Below, piece by piece: positions 36,212 through 50,450 of a DNA stretch of 57,236 bases (its first letter is position 1; each line of letters begins with the position of its first letter). The stretch covers positions 1-57,236 of the forward strand of contig CABMJK010000014.1 in assembly GCA_902386535.1 (NCBI GenBank), written 5' to 3'. The position numbers and the translations under genes were made by a program. The notes under the pieces are model-generated. The model was given only the letters and a program-made list of their open reading frames with translations. It searched no databases and had not been told where the DNA came from. Origin of the DNA: Candidatus Burarchaeum australiense (lineage in GTDB: Archaea > Micrarchaeota > Micrarchaeia > Burarchaeales > Burarchaeaceae).

Positions 36212-39200
36212 TTGGTTTTCATAAAGGAACTGTCACTTCGGAACTTCAAGTCCTTCAAGAGCGTGGACATAAAGCTCACGCCAGGCCTCGTGTGCCTCGC
36301 GGGCCCGAACGGCTCGGGCAAGTCCAACGTGACCGACGCCATCAGGTTTGCGCTGGGCGAGATGAGCCTCAAGCAGCTCAGGCCCGAGGGCAAGAAGGCG
36401 AGCGGCCTCATCAGGCGCGGGGCCAAGCACGCGCAGGTCGGCATAATTTTCGGGGGCGAGGGCGGGGTCGAGGTGAAGCGGGCCATAAGGGATGACGGCA
36501 AGATGGCCTACAAGCTGGATGACAAGCACGCAACCCGCACTTCCGTAATCGAGACGTTGCGCAAGCTGGGTGCGGACGTGGGCGAGCACAACGTCATAGC
36601 GCAGGGCGAGGTCGACCGCGTGGTCAAGATGAACGCCAAGGAAAGGCGCGAAATCATCGACCGCGTGTCCGGCGTCTACGAGTTCGAGGAAAAGAAGAAG
36701 GAGGCGCTGTCCGAGCTGGCCAAGGTCGAGAGCCGCATAGGCGAGGCCAACATCGCGATTTCCGAGCGCGAGGGCCTGCTGTCCGAGCTCGAGAAGCAGA
36801 AGGACGAGGCATTGCACTACACTGAGTTGAGCACGGAGCTCAAGCGGGCCAAGGGCACTTTGATTCATTCCGAGCTTGCGCGGCTCGAGAAGGAGTTCGA
36901 TGGCAGCGCGAAGAAAACTGCAGACCTGCAGGCCAAATACGACCAACTGCAGCATGACCTCGAGATGCTGGAGGCCAAGACGAGCGGGCTCGAGGCCGAG
37001 CGGGCCAAGGTGGCTAGCATGATAAACGAGCAGGCCGGCAAGGAGGGCCTGCGCGAGGAGCTCGAGCGCCTGCGCACCGAGATTGAGAGCAACTCGCGCC
37101 TGAAGCTCGAGAAGGCGCGGCAAGTGGACGAGCTCAAGGCGAAGAACAAGGCGGTCGAGCAGGAGCTCAGGGATGCCGAGAGCAAGATTGCGGTCTCGCG
37201 CAAGGAGATGGGCGAGGCCGAGAAGCAGGCCAAGGCGATTGCGGGCGAGGTGGGTGCGGGCGAGAAGGAAAGGGCGCGCGTGCTCTCGGGGGCCGGCGGG
37301 AAGCGCGCAGCCGAGCTGCGCAAGAGGCATGCCGAGCTCATGAGGCAGCTCGAGGAGAAGAAGGGCGCCTCGCTCGAGTCCGAATCGGCGGTCGTGCGCG
37401 ATTCCGAGATTGCCAAGCTCAAGGAAGCCGAGCTCGGGGACATACGCGAGGAGCTGGGCGAGGGGAACGGCAAGACCGAGGAACTCGAGTTGAGCCTGGC
37501 GGAGCTCAAGGCCAAGCTCTCCGGGTTTGCAAAAGAGGAGGATGACGTTTTCGAACGCGAGAAGGAGCTCAACAAGGTCCTGCCTTCCTATGACAGGAAA
37601 ATACTCGAGATAGGGAACAAGCTGCCCGAGATAAGGATGACGAGCGGCAAGAGGCCCGCGGTCGACGCGGTGCTGAGCGCCTCCAAGAGCGGCCAGCTCG
37701 AGGGCATCATCGGCACGGTGTCCGACACTTGCACTTTCGACGAGAAATATGCGCTGGCCATAGAGGCGAGCGCAGGCCCGCGCCTGCACTATATTCTGAC
37801 AGAGGACATAGATGCCGCAATGGATGCGATAGAGCACTTGAAGAAGACGAAGGCAGGCAGGTGCTCGTTCATCCCGCTCAACCGGAAGATTTCCGAGCTT
37901 CCCGCAGACGCAGTGCAGTTCGAAAAGTCCCAGGGTGCGCTGGGCTTCCTCATAAACCTGGTGCAGTTCGACAAGAGATACACGAACGCGCTCAGCTACG
38001 TCTTCGGCGACACGCTGCTCGTGAGCGATGCCGCTACGGCAAAGAGATTGGCCGGCAAAGTGCGCGCGGTCACGCTTGAGGGCGAGCTTTTCGAGCGCTC
38101 GGGCATAATCACGGGCGGGCCCTTTGGCCAGACCTCCTCGCTCAAGAGCAGGCTCGAGCTCGAGAGGCTCGAGAAGGAAATGGACGAGGTGCAGAGGGCC
38201 AAGAAGGCCGCACTCGAGGAGCTTTACTCCTCGCGCGAGCAGCTGGGCCTGAAGAGGCGGGAAAAGGCGACCCTCGAGGTGAAGGTGCGCGGCATCGAGA
38301 TTGAGCTCGAGAGCTTCAATGCTGCGCGCGAGAAGAAGAAAGGGCTGGCGCAGAGGCGCTCGGAGCTTGAGGCCGATCTCGGGAAGTTGCGCTCATCAAT
38401 AGAGTCAAATGGTAAGAAGGCGGGCGAGCTGAAGGAATCCCTCTCGCGCATAGACTCGGAGCTCGCGTCAATCTCGAAGATGCTCGAGAGCCAGGAGATG
38501 CCCCAGGAAAAGGCCGAGGAGCTCGCGCTCATTGAGGGCAAGATAAACGAGCTGTCGGAAAAGAGGCGCGAGCTCGAGGGCGTTGCCTCGTCCAAGAAGA
38601 CCGAGGTCAAGCTTCTCGAGGAAAACACAGCCAAGGACAGGCAGGAGCTCGGGGTTGCGGGCCTTTCGCTCAAGGAAATGCTCGCCGCCATTTCGCAGCT
38701 CGAGTCAGCAATCGAAACCGATTCCGACGTTCTGGAGGAGAAGGAGGTCAAGCTCAAGGAGGCGAGCAAGAAGATGACCGCGCTCTACGAGCAGCAACAG
38801 CAGATGAGCGCCGAGATAGAGAAATTCTCCAAGGAAAAGGGGAAGACGCAGGCGCTCTTCAACCGCGCCTCGAATGATTTGGGCGAGGTGAAGTCCACGC
38901 GCATGCTGGCCGAGACGCGGCTCGGGGACCTGAAGGCCGAATGGGTCGAGTACAAGGACATCGAGCCCATGAAGCTCTCGAAGGACGAGCTCGAGGACCG
39001 GATGAGGGAGGTCGAGGGTCAGCTCAGCACCCTCGGCGCGGTCAACATGCTGGCTCCCGAGCAGTACGAGCAGAAGGGCAAGGAGCTGAAGGAGAAGAAG
39101 GACATCATAGGCAAGCTCGGCGAGGAGAAGAAGGCGGTGCTCAACATGATCCAGGAAATAGACGGCAGGAAGGCGGAGATTTTCCTCCAGACTTTCAGGA

Positions 39201-39658
39201 ACGTGGACGAGAACTTCCGCAAGATATTCAACTACGCTTTCCCGGGCGAGGGCACGCTTTTGCTCGACAAGCCCGAGGAGATTTTCGACAGCGGGCTGCA
39301 GATAAAGGTCCGCGTTGACGGCAAGGACCACTACATCGAGGCGAAGTCGGGCGGCGAGCGCTCGCTGCTGGCGCTCCTCTTCGTGTTCTCCATCCACTCC
39401 ACCAAGCCCGCGTCATTCTACATGCTGGACGAGGCCGACGCGGCGCTGGACAAGGAGAACAGCAAGAAGCTGGCCGACATGCTGAAGCAGTTGTCGAAGA
39501 ATGCGCAGTTCATCGTCGTGACGCACAACGACACCGTGCTCTCCTCGGCCGACATCGCTCTCGGCGTGACGCGGCAGGACGGGGCTTCGAAGATTGTCGG
39601 CATAGAGTTCAAGAAGGTGGCGGCAGCCTCGGCTCCGGTCCAGGCTCCGCCAGCCTGA
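36212..39658 (+). CDS. smc: Chromosome segregation protein SMC
   Basis: NFKSF, GPNGSGKSN, Q-loop IAQG, hinge GIIG...GRCSFIPL...GIITGG, KSGGE, LDEADAALD, IVVTH; TTG start. Confidence 0.97.
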   Translation: MVFIKELSLRNFKSFKSVDIKLTPGLVCLAGPNGSGKSNVTDAIRFALGEMSLKQLRPEGKKASGLIRRGAKHAQVGIIFGGEGGVEVKRAIRDDGKMAYKLDDKHATRTSVIETLRKLGADVGEHNVIAQGEVDRVVKMNAKERREIIDRVSGVYEFEEKKKEALSELAKVESRIGEANIAISEREGLLSELEKQKDEALHYTELSTELKRAKGTLIHSELARLEKEFDGSAKKTADLQAKYDQLQHDLEMLEAKTSGLEAERAKVASMINEQAGKEGLREELERLRTEIESNSRLKLEKARQVDELKAKNKAVEQELRDAESKIAVSRKEMGEAEKQAKAIAGEVGAGEKERARVLSGAGGKRAAELRKRHAELMRQLEEKKGASLESESAVVRDSEIAKLKEAELGDIREELGEGNGKTEELELSLAELKAKLSGFAKEEDDVFEREKELNKVLPSYDRKILEIGNKLPEIRMTSGKRPAVDAVLSASKSGQLEGIIGTVSDTCTFDEKYALAIEASAGPRLHYILTEDIDAAMDAIEHLKKTKAGRCSFIPLNRKISELPADAVQFEKSQGALGFLINLVQFDKRYTNALSYVFGDTLLVSDAATAKRLAGKVRAVTLEGELFERSGIITGGPFGQTSSLKSRLELERLEKEMDEVQRAKKAALEELYSSREQLGLKRREKATLEVKVRGIEIELESFNAAREKKKGLAQRRSELEADLGKLRSSIESNGKKAGELKESLSRIDSELASISKMLESQEMPQEKAEELALIEGKINELSEKRRELEGVASSKKTEVKLLEENTAKDRQELGVAGLSLKEMLAAISQLESAIETDSDVLEEKEVKLKEASKKMTALYEQQQQMSAEIEKFSKEKGKTQALFNRASNDLGEVKSTRMLAETRLGDLKAEWVEYKDIEPMKLSKDELEDRMREVEGQLSTLGAVNMLAPEQYEQKGKELKEKKDIIGKLGEEKKAVLNMIQEIDGRKAEIFLQTFRNVDENFRKIFNYAFPGEGTLLLDKPEEIFDSGLQIKVRVDGKDHYIEAKSGGERSLLALLFVFSIHSTKPASFYMLDEADAALDKENSKKLADMLKQLSKNAQFIVVTHNDTVLSSADIALGVTRQDGASKIVGIEFKKVAAASAPVQAPPA

Positions 39659-39663
39659 GGCAG

Positions 39664-40722
39664 TTGATGCGCATGCCCCTTCACAAGAAAAGGCTCCAGA
39701 ACTTTTTCGCAGCCTCGAGGGCAGACTCGCTCCTGCTGCACAACGGCGATGCGGAAGGCTATTTCGACGTTAACTACTTCTACTTCACCGGCCTTGCGCT
39801 CGACAACTCGCTCCTCCTCGCTAAGAGGAACGGCGCCTCGACCCTGCTCTGCACGCCCCTGAACTACGAGGCCGCGCAAGCAAAGGCAGGCGCGGGCGTA
39901 TCGGTCGTGAAGATTGACCGGAAGGCGCTCTCGCTTGAGCTGAAGAAGCTGCTCGCAGGCTGCAAAAGAATCGGAATCAACAAGCGCTCACTCCGGCTCT
40001 CGACCTTCGACGTGCTGAAAAAGGCCGGTAATGGGAAGAAATTCATGGACGTGAGCGAGGAGCTGGGTGAGAACCGCGCGGTGAAGGATGCGGAGGAGCT
40101 TGCAATTTTGAAAAGATGCGTTGCCAAAACTCGCGCCCTGCTTGACTCGGTCGGGGCCGAAATCAGGCCCGGCATGCGCGAAGAGGAAATCCTGAAGCGC
40201 CTTCGCGCGGGCGCGCTCGAGCTCGGGGCCGAGCTTTCCTTCCCCCCGATAATTCTTAGCGGCCCGAAGGCGCGCGTGCCTCATGGAATTACGGGAGGGC
40301 GGCGGGTCGGGGCCAACGAGGCCGTGCTCATGGACTTCGGCCTGAAGATGAATGGCTATTGCTCGGACTTGACCAGATGCTACTTTACAGGCCCATGCAA
40401 AGAAGAGCGCGCGGTTTACGGCAAGCTGCAGCATGTGCAGCACGAGTTGGCCGACTATGGAAGGGCAGGCACGCGCATTTCCGAGTTCGTGAAAAAATCA
40501 GACGCGCTGATGAAGCTGGCAGGCTTGCCGAAGCTGCCGCACGCGATGGGCCATGGCATAGGCCTCTACGTGCATGAACAGCCCTCGCTGCACGCGGACT
40601 CGAAGAAGAAACTGAAGGCCGGCATGACTTTGGCCCTCGAGCCCTCCTACTACGGGAAAAAGTTCGGCCTGCGCTACGAGAATGATTTCGTGGTGGGCAA
40701 AAGGAAGCTGGAAATTCTCTAA
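39664..40722 (+). CDS. Xaa-Pro aminopeptidase (M24B)
   Basis: PHG, DFG...GYCSDLTR, HAMGHGIGLYVHE, LEP, GLRYEND. Confidence 0.92.
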   Translation: MMRMPLHKKRLQNFFAASRADSLLLHNGDAEGYFDVNYFYFTGLALDNSLLLAKRNGASTLLCTPLNYEAAQAKAGAGVSVVKIDRKALSLELKKLLAGCKRIGINKRSLRLSTFDVLKKAGNGKKFMDVSEELGENRAVKDAEELAILKRCVAKTRALLDSVGAEIRPGMREEEILKRLRAGALELGAELSFPPIILSGPKARVPHGITGGRRVGANEAVLMDFGLKMNGYCSDLTRCYFTGPCKEERAVYGKLQHVQHELADYGRAGTRISEFVKKSDALMKLAGLPKLPHAMGHGIGLYVHEQPSLHADSKKKLKAGMTLALEPSYYGKKFGLRYENDFVVGKRKLEIL

Positions 40723-42905
40723 TCCAGGAAAGCTTCCGGCCTCGGCGGCTCCTTGGGCTCGCCCTTCCTCTCGCGGATCTGGTAAACGATCTTCTTCTGC
40801 AATTCCTTGTTAAGGGGCTCGAAGCCAGCGTACTCGGTGTACCAGATGGCGCGGCCCTGGGTCGCGCCGCGGATGCTGTTCGAGAAGCCGAACATCTCGG
40901 CCACGGGCACCTTTGAGGTGACTGACACTGCCTCGCCCTCCTGCTCGATGTTCAGCACCTGGCCGCGCCTTCCCTGCACCTGGCTGATGATGCCGCTCAT
41001 GTATTCCTGCGGCGCCTGCACGAGAAGCTTCTGCTTCGGCTCGAGCAGCTGCACGCCCGCCAAAAGCATGGCGGCATAAATCGGGTTGCGCACTGCCGGG
41101 ATTATCTGCGCAGGCCCACGGTGAACGGGGTCCTCGTGGATTTTCGCATCGACAATTTTGACCATCATGCCCGACACCCTCTCCTTTGCGAGAGGGCCCT
41201 TGGTGCACGCCTCCTGGAAAGCCTGGATGACGAGCTCCATTATCTCGTCCATGTACTGCACTCCCTTGGTGGCATCCACTAGGATGTTCATGTTGAATAC
41301 ATCTTCAATATTGCGCGCATCCTCGCGTTCCATGCCGGCCTCGATGTAGGGCTCCCAGAAGCCCTTGCCCTTCGGCTTCTTGTTCGGCACCGTGCCTTCG
41401 GTAAGCGCCTGCACCAGCTTCTCGGGCAGCGGCTCGACCGTCACCTTTATCTTGGTGTGCTTGTTCGGCGACTTGCCCTCAACCGGCCCGGCCGACCCCA
41501 TGATGGTCTCGCGGTAAACGACAATCGGAGGCGAGGTCTCAATCGCCACGCCCTTCTCTTTTGAAATCTTGTACTCTATGATTTCCAGATGCAGCTCGCC
41601 CATGCCCGACAGCAGGTGCTCGCCCGTCTCCTGGTTAATCTCGACCTTGAGCGTCGGGTCCTCTTTTGCTAACTGCCGCAGAATCTCGATTAGCTTGACC
41701 AGGTCCGAGGTGTTCTTGGCCTCGACCGACTTCGTGACCACGGGCTCGGAGTAGTGCTTTATCTGCTCGAAAGGCTCGAGCTCGCCCTCGCTGATGGTCT
41801 CGCCCACATAGAGGTCGTGAAGGCCGACAATCGCGGCAATGTTGCCCGCAGGCACTGACTCAACCAGCACCCTGTCAATACCCATGTAAATGCCGACCTG
41901 CTGCACCTTTTCGCTGGAGTGCTTTGACGCCAGCGTGAGCTCGGTGCCCTTCTTCACCGTGCCCGAGAATATGCGCGCAATGCCGACCTCGCCCGCGTGC
42001 TCGTCAATGGTGACTCCGAAAACGACCCCGCACACCTTGCCCTTCGCGTTGGTCGACGTCATGCCCTTGCCATACTCGCTCTCCAGATCGCCCTTCCAAA
42101 GGACCGGCACCCGGTATTTCTGCGCGGTCATGGGGTTCGGCAGGTGCGTAATCGCCATTTCCAAAATGACCTCGTCGATGGGCCCCTTCTCCATCAGCGA
42201 CTTGTGGTCCTGCTTCGAGCAGTAGTCGTAGATTATCTTGAAGTTCAGCCCGCTCCTCTTCATGTGGGGCACGCTCACGGCCCATTTGTTGTACGCGGAG
42301 CCGAAGCACACGTTGCCTTTCTCGGGCGAGATGAGCCACTCGTCCTTGTAATCCCCGGCATAGTTGGTTATGAGCTTGTTAACGCCGTTTATGATTTTCA
42401 TAAGCCTTTCCTGCATGGCCTCGGGGCTGAGCTTCAGCTCGTTGATGAGCCTGTCGATCTTGTTGATGAAAAGCGTGGGCTTGGATTTTTCCTTGAGCGC
42501 CTGCCTGACGACCGTCTCGGTCTGCGGCATCACGCCCTCCACCGAGTCGACCACGAGAATTATGCCGTCGACCGCGCGCATGGCGCGCGTCACGTGCCCG
42601 CCGAAGTCCACATGGCCCGGCGTGTCGATGAGGTTTATCAAGTGGGGCTTTCCATGGTAGGTGAAGCCCAAAGAAATGTTGGCTGCCTTAATCGTGATTC
42701 CGCGCGCCTGCTCCTGCTCGTCGTAGTCAAGTACGCGCTGCTCGCCCGCTAAATCCTTTGAGATGAGGCCGGCCCTCGCGACCAGGGAGTCCGACATCGT
42801 GGTCTTGCCGTGGTCCACGTGGGCAACTATGGCCATGTTGCGGACCTGCTCTAGGTTGCTCATGATAGCCTGGACTTCCTCGACCACGTATTCTTTTCGA
42901 ACCAT
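40719..42905 (-). CDS. fusA: Elongation factor EF-2
   Basis: AHVDHGKTT, RGITI, DTPGHVDF, NKID, diphthamide loop HEDPVHRGPAQ. Confidence 0.98.
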   Translation of the reverse strand: MVRKEYVVEEVQAIMSNLEQVRNMAIVAHVDHGKTTMSDSLVARAGLISKDLAGEQRVLDYDEQEQARGITIKAANISLGFTYHGKPHLINLIDTPGHVDFGGHVTRAMRAVDGIILVVDSVEGVMPQTETVVRQALKEKSKPTLFINKIDRLINELKLSPEAMQERLMKIINGVNKLITNYAGDYKDEWLISPEKGNVCFGSAYNKWAVSVPHMKRSGLNFKIIYDYCSKQDHKSLMEKGPIDEVILEMAITHLPNPMTAQKYRVPVLWKGDLESEYGKGMTSTNAKGKVCGVVFGVTIDEHAGEVGIARIFSGTVKKGTELTLASKHSSEKVQQVGIYMGIDRVLVESVPAGNIAAIVGLHDLYVGETISEGELEPFEQIKHYSEPVVTKSVEAKNTSDLVKLIEILRQLAKEDPTLKVEINQETGEHLLSGMGELHLEIIEYKISKEKGVAIETSPPIVVYRETIMGSAGPVEGKSPNKHTKIKVTVEPLPEKLVQALTEGTVPNKKPKGKGFWEPYIEAGMEREDARNIEDVFNMNILVDATKGVQYMDEIMELVIQAFQEACTKGPLAKERVSGMMVKIVDAKIHEDPVHRGPAQIIPAVRNPIYAAMLLAGVQLLEPKQKLLVQAPQEYMSGIISQVQGRRGQVLNIEQEGEAVSVTSKVPVAEMFGFSNSIRGATQGRAIWYTEYAGFEPLNKELQKKIVYQIRERKGEPKEPPRPEAFLD

Positions 42906-42948
42906 GTCAAAACACCTAAGGGAATTTGCCGCAGGCCGCACTCACTCC

Positions 42949-43554
42949 TTATCGCGTGCTTCTCGCCATGCGCTCCGTCTCGTCCCGCTTCTTTATAGCG
43001 TAACTGTTTATGCTGTTCTGCGATGCAAGCACGATTTCGTCCGCCAGCGCCTGCCCGAGCGTCTTCGGGTTGTTGAACGCTGCCATGATGGCCGAAAGCG
43101 CCAGATTCCTGAGATCCATGTCCAGCCTTCTCTGGGGAGAAACGTCCACTGCCACCTGGTAGGAAATGCCGCCGTACTGCACGCGGGTCGTGTCCTCGCG
43201 CGGCGCCGTGTTCTTGAGCGCGAGAACGAGCACCTGCACCGGGTTCTGGTTCGTCCTCTTCGCGATGTCGGCGAACGCCTCCTCCACGGTCTTCATGGCC
43301 TTCGACTTCTTGCCCTGCAGCTTGCCGTGCGTGCGAATGACCTTTCCGCTCGTCTTCTCGCCCGTGCCTCCCCTCATCAGCTTGTTCACGAGCCGCTCGA
43401 CGATGTTCACCCGCATCTTGCCGAACTGCTTGTGCGCCTGCCTTCCGTGCGAGTGGGGCAGCGAGACCGGGGTCAGGTTTATGTAGGGCCCGAGGCTCAG
43501 GTCGTCCACCTTCACTTCGCTCATGTCGTATTTGTTGAAAATCATTTCAGCCAT
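42949..43554 (-). CDS. rps7: 30S ribosomal protein S7
   Basis: IVERLVNKLM, NPVQVL, PREDTTR, VDVSPQRR, ERMARSTR. Confidence 0.97.
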   Translation of the reverse strand: MAEMIFNKYDMSEVKVDDLSLGPYINLTPVSLPHSHGRQAHKQFGKMRVNIVERLVNKLMRGGTGEKTSGKVIRTHGKLQGKKSKAMKTVEEAFADIAKRTNQNPVQVLVLALKNTAPREDTTRVQYGGISYQVAVDVSPQRRLDMDLRNLALSAIMAAFNNPKTLGQALADEIVLASQNSINSYAIKKRDETERMARSTR

Positions 43555-43602
43555 AAGATCACACCGCGTTGTTTCCCAATCGAGTTTCAGTTTCAATCAT
43601 CT

Positions 43603-44031
43603 CTATCTCTTCGGCTTCTCCTTCTTGCCCAGCCTGAGCTGGTCCAGGTTCACGCCGTTGACCGCGACCACCTTGTAGCGCACGCCGGGTATCGAGCCCA
43701 TCTGCCCTCTCTGCGAGCCGCCGAGCCCGTCCACGATTACCTCGTCGTGCTCGTCAATGAAATTGATTGCCTTGTTGCGGGGCGCAAAGGCGGTGATTAT
43801 CCTGCCGTTCTTCGAGAGCTGGACCTTCACGCACTTTATCAGGCCGGAGTGCGGTTGCTTCTGTTCCAGCGCGCGCTTCTCCAGCACAATGCCGCGCGCC
43901 TGAGGCGCGGCCTCGAGCATGTCATATTTCTCCTTGAGCCTCAGCTTCCGCCTGTACCACGTCTTCTTGAGCCCGCGCTGGCGCTTCCGCTGCCGCCGCA
44001 GATCCCGCGCTCCAAATTCTCCACGACCCAT
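43603..44031 (-). CDS. rps12: 30S ribosomal protein S12
   Basis: [25 protein letters not shown]. Confidence 0.97.
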   Translation of the reverse strand: MGRGEFGARDLRRQRKRQRGLKKTWYRRKLRLKEKYDMLEAAPQARGIVLEKRALEQKQPHSGLIKCVKVQLSKNGRIITAFAPRNKAINFIDEHDEVIVDGLGGSQRGQMGSIPGVRYKVVAVNGVNLDQLRLGKKEKPKR

Positions 44032-44111
44032 AAACACACCCGCATATCATGCCGACATTTTTCATTTCCCGTCCAACAGCCTCGCATCACCGCATATCGC
44101 GCTTTCTCGCA

Positions 44112-44537
44112 TCAATCCTTCGTAGCCAGACGAAGATCAGCGTTGAAGCGGCGCCGGAGCAATGCCTTCTCCATCTTGATTCGCTCGCCGCCCTTCCCTA
44201 TTGCCGCGCCCCTGTCCCGCGCATCGACTGTAACAATAGCAGTCCGCGTATTATCTTTCTCTTGAATGTTTAAATTACTTATGGGGACCGGCTTGAGCAG
44301 GTTTACGACGAAATCCTTGATATCGTCGGCACTTTCAACGACGAAAAGCGGCTTTCCGAACGCCTTGCGCGCCCTTTCGAGCGAGCTGCCGCCCTTGCCA
44401 ATCGCCCTTCCCATCTCGCCCTCCTTTATGACGAACGCAATGCCCTCCTCGCCAATGAGGCAGTCCTTCACGATTGCCCCGGTCTGGCTCTCGAACAGTT
44501 CGATGCACTTCATCTCGTCGTTGCTTAAGGTGACCAT
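44112..44537 (-). CDS. nusA: Archaeal NusA (two KH domains)
   Basis: Two AIGKGG KH loops; conserved position between L30e and S12. Confidence 0.95.
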   Translation of the reverse strand: MVTLSNDEMKCIELFESQTGAIVKDCLIGEEGIAFVIKEGEMGRAIGKGGSSLERARKAFGKPLFVVESADDIKDFVVNLLKPVPISNLNIQEKDNTRTAIVTVDARDRGAAIGKGGERIKMEKALLRRRFNADLRLATKD

Positions 44538-44572
44538 CAAAAAACCAACTTCATCTTTTCTCGCTCGCGCGC

Positions 44573-44938
44573 CTAGGCGGCGGCAGCCTCGCCCGCGCCT
44601 TCAGCCTCCTCCTTCTCTTCGGCAGGGGCCTCGGCCTTCGCAGCAGGCGGCTTGCCCATTTCCAGCACTCCGGACGAGCCGGCATCGAGCACGGTGAAAA
44701 TGCTAATGGGGAACGGCTTTCCGCACACTGCGCCGAGCTCCACGGAAGTGCCCTTGTAGGTCACGAGCGCAGCCCCGCTCTTCGCGCACTGCTCCTCTAC
44801 CTTCTTCCTTATGGCCGAAGGGCAGTTGGATGAAACGAGCACGAGCTTTGCCTTGGCCGCGGACCTTACGCCGCTGCGCGTCCCGAACTCGACCTTCCCG
44901 CTTTCGATTGCCATCCTCAGGTTTTTTTCAACGTCCAT
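44573..44938 (-). CDS. rpl30e: 50S ribosomal protein L30e
   Basis: SGKVEFG, SSNCP, ELGAVCGKPF, DAGSS. Confidence 0.95.
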   Translation of the reverse strand: MDVEKNLRMAIESGKVEFGTRSGVRSAAKAKLVLVSSNCPSAIRKKVEEQCAKSGAALVTYKGTSVELGAVCGKPFPISIFTVLDAGSSGVLEMGKPPAAKAEAPAEEKEEAEGAGEAAAA

Positions 44939-48465
<3,527 letters not shown>

Positions 48466-48482
48466 GCGAGCACCCAAATCCA

Positions 48483-48531
48483 TCAGTCATATTTCCCATC
48501 AAGTTCCAATCAACCAGTTCTTCCCCATCAT
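48483..48531 (-). ncRNA. Possible box C/D guide sRNA between rpoB' and rpoA'
   Basis: Minus strand ATGATGG-(11 nt)-TTGA-TTGGAAC-TTGATGG-(9 nt)-CTGA; boxes are imperfect. Confidence 0.3.
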
Positions 48532-48548
48532 CAACGTCATACGCAATC

Positions 48549-50444
48549 CTATGCCTTGTCCTTCAGCTTCAGCCTCGGCAGAATGCCGATGGCCTTGATT
48601 TCGTCCAGCAGCAGCTTGAATGCGTAGCTCATCTCGACCTTGTAAAGCTCGGTCGAGTCGCATAGCGGGCAGTAGTCGCGCCGCTTTATGAAATCATGGA
48701 CCGCAATCATGCCGCACTTGTTGCACACTATCTCCACCGTCTTGTCGCTCTCCTCCAGCATCCTCTCGCGCACGAGCATGCTGGCGCCGTAGCCTATCAG
48801 GCAGTCGCGTTCCATCTCTCCGAACCTGAGTCCGCCCTCGCGCGCCTTGCCCTCCGTCGGCTGGTGCGTGAGCAGCTGCACCGGTCCGCGCGAGCGCACG
48901 TGCATCTTGTTCGAAACAAGGTGGTGCAGGCGCTGGTAGTAAATCACGCCCACGAAAATCTCGCTCTCGATGCGCTGGCCGCTCAGGCCGTCATACAATA
49001 TTTCCCGGCCATAGCTCTCGAAGCCGTTGGCCTTCAGAATCGTCTTGAAATCCTCGGCATCCTGGCCGGAGAAGGCGGTGCCGTTCACGCGCTGGCCGCT
49101 GAAGCATGCAGCCTTGCCGCCCATCATCTCTATCAGGTGGCCTGCCGTCATCCGGCTGGGGATGGCGTGCGGGTTGATGATGAGGTCGGGCACGATGCCG
49201 CTCTCGGTGAACGGCATGTCCTCCTGCGGCACGAGAAGGCACACGACACCCTTCTGGCCGTGCCTGCTCGCGAACTTGTCTCCCTTCTCCGGTATCTTTA
49301 TGCTCCTGACGCGCACCTTCACGAACTTGTTGCCGGCAGGGCTCTCGGTAAGCATGACCTGGTCCACTACTCCCTCGTCCCCGCTCTTTATCACGAGCGA
49401 GTTCTCCCTCTTCTTCTCCTCGGTGAGGCCGAAGGCGCTGACCTCTTCCAGGAATCTCGGCGGCGAGGTCTTGCCCACGAGCACGTCCTTTGACTGGACC
49501 TCGCTCTCTGGCACGGCGATGCCGTCATCGCCGAGATAGCGGTACATGTACTCTTCGCGGTAGCCGCTCACGGTCGGGTTCGGAATCTCGAACTTGTCCT
49601 TCTGCCCGCCCGGATAGCGGCGCTCCTCGGTCTCGTGCACCTTGTAGAAGACCGACCTTCCAAGGCCGCGGTCAACGGCGTTCTTGTTCATGACCACGGC
49701 GTCTCCCATGTTGTAACCATAATAGCTCGTAATCGCGACCACGAAGTTCTGCCCCGCGGGCCTGCGGTGGAAGTTCATGTGCCTGTAGGGCTCGGTCTGC
49801 ACGAGCGGCTCCTGCGGGTAGTATAATATGTGGGCGCGCGAATCCATGCGGATGTTGTAGTTGCTCGCGTAGAAGCCGAGCGACTGCTTGCTCATGGCGC
49901 AGGCCATCGTGATTCTCGGCGATGAGTTGTGCTCAGGGTAGGTAAGCTGCGAGACCGTCACGCCCGTAATCGAGACCGGATCTATTTCCATGTGCGTGCT
50001 CTTCTCGGTCATGTGGGCCTCGTCTGCGGCCACGAACGCGAAGTCGTTCTCCTCTTCGGCATCCAGGTACTCGACAATGCCCATCTTGAGTATCTGGCTC
50101 CAGCTCAGGTCCCCGCTCTCTACTTTCTTCTTAATTTCCGGAGTGTAAAGCGACTTTCCGTTCTCGACCACCACGTAGGGCCTGCGCGCCCTGCCGCTGT
50201 CGGTGCTCACGTGCAGCTCGCCGGTCGCGCGGTTGAGCGCAAAATTGACTTCGGAGCTTATTTCGCCCGCCCTTCTCTTAGCGCGGAGAATTGCAATAAG
50301 CACGTCGCCGTCCTCGTGGAAGCCAATGAGCCTGCCGTTGATGTAAATCGCGGTGCGCGCAAGCCTTTCAATCTCCTGAATCTTGCCCGCAACCATGCGC
50401 TTTACTTTCCGGCTTTTTTTCTTTATGGTAGTCATGATCATCAC
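48549..50444 (-). CDS. rpoB1: RNA polymerase subunit B' (Rpo2C); start may be 50396
   Basis: HNSSPR, GDKFASRHGQKG, NPHAIPSRMT, GGLRFGEMERD, Zn ribbon. Confidence 0.97.
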   Translation of the reverse strand: MMIMTTIKKKSRKVKRMVAGKIQEIERLARTAIYINGRLIGFHEDGDVLIAILRAKRRAGEISSEVNFALNRATGELHVSTDSGRARRPYVVVENGKSLYTPEIKKKVESGDLSWSQILKMGIVEYLDAEEENDFAFVAADEAHMTEKSTHMEIDPVSITGVTVSQLTYPEHNSSPRITMACAMSKQSLGFYASNYNIRMDSRAHILYYPQEPLVQTEPYRHMNFHRRPAGQNFVVAITSYYGYNMGDAVVMNKNAVDRGLGRSVFYKVHETEERRYPGGQKDKFEIPNPTVSGYREEYMYRYLGDDGIAVPESEVQSKDVLVGKTSPPRFLEEVSAFGLTEEKKRENSLVIKSGDEGVVDQVMLTESPAGNKFVKVRVRSIKIPEKGDKFASRHGQKGVVCLLVPQEDMPFTESGIVPDLIINPHAIPSRMTAGHLIEMMGGKAACFSGQRVNGTAFSGQDAEDFKTILKANGFESYGREILYDGLSGQRIESEIFVGVIYYQRLHHLVSNKMHVRSRGPVQLLTHQPTEGKAREGGLRFGEMERDCLIGYGASMLVRERMLEESDKTVEIVCNKCGMIAVHDFIKRRDYCPLCDSTELYKVEMSYAFKLLLDEIKAIGILPRLKLKDKA

Positions 50445-50450
50445 AGTTGC

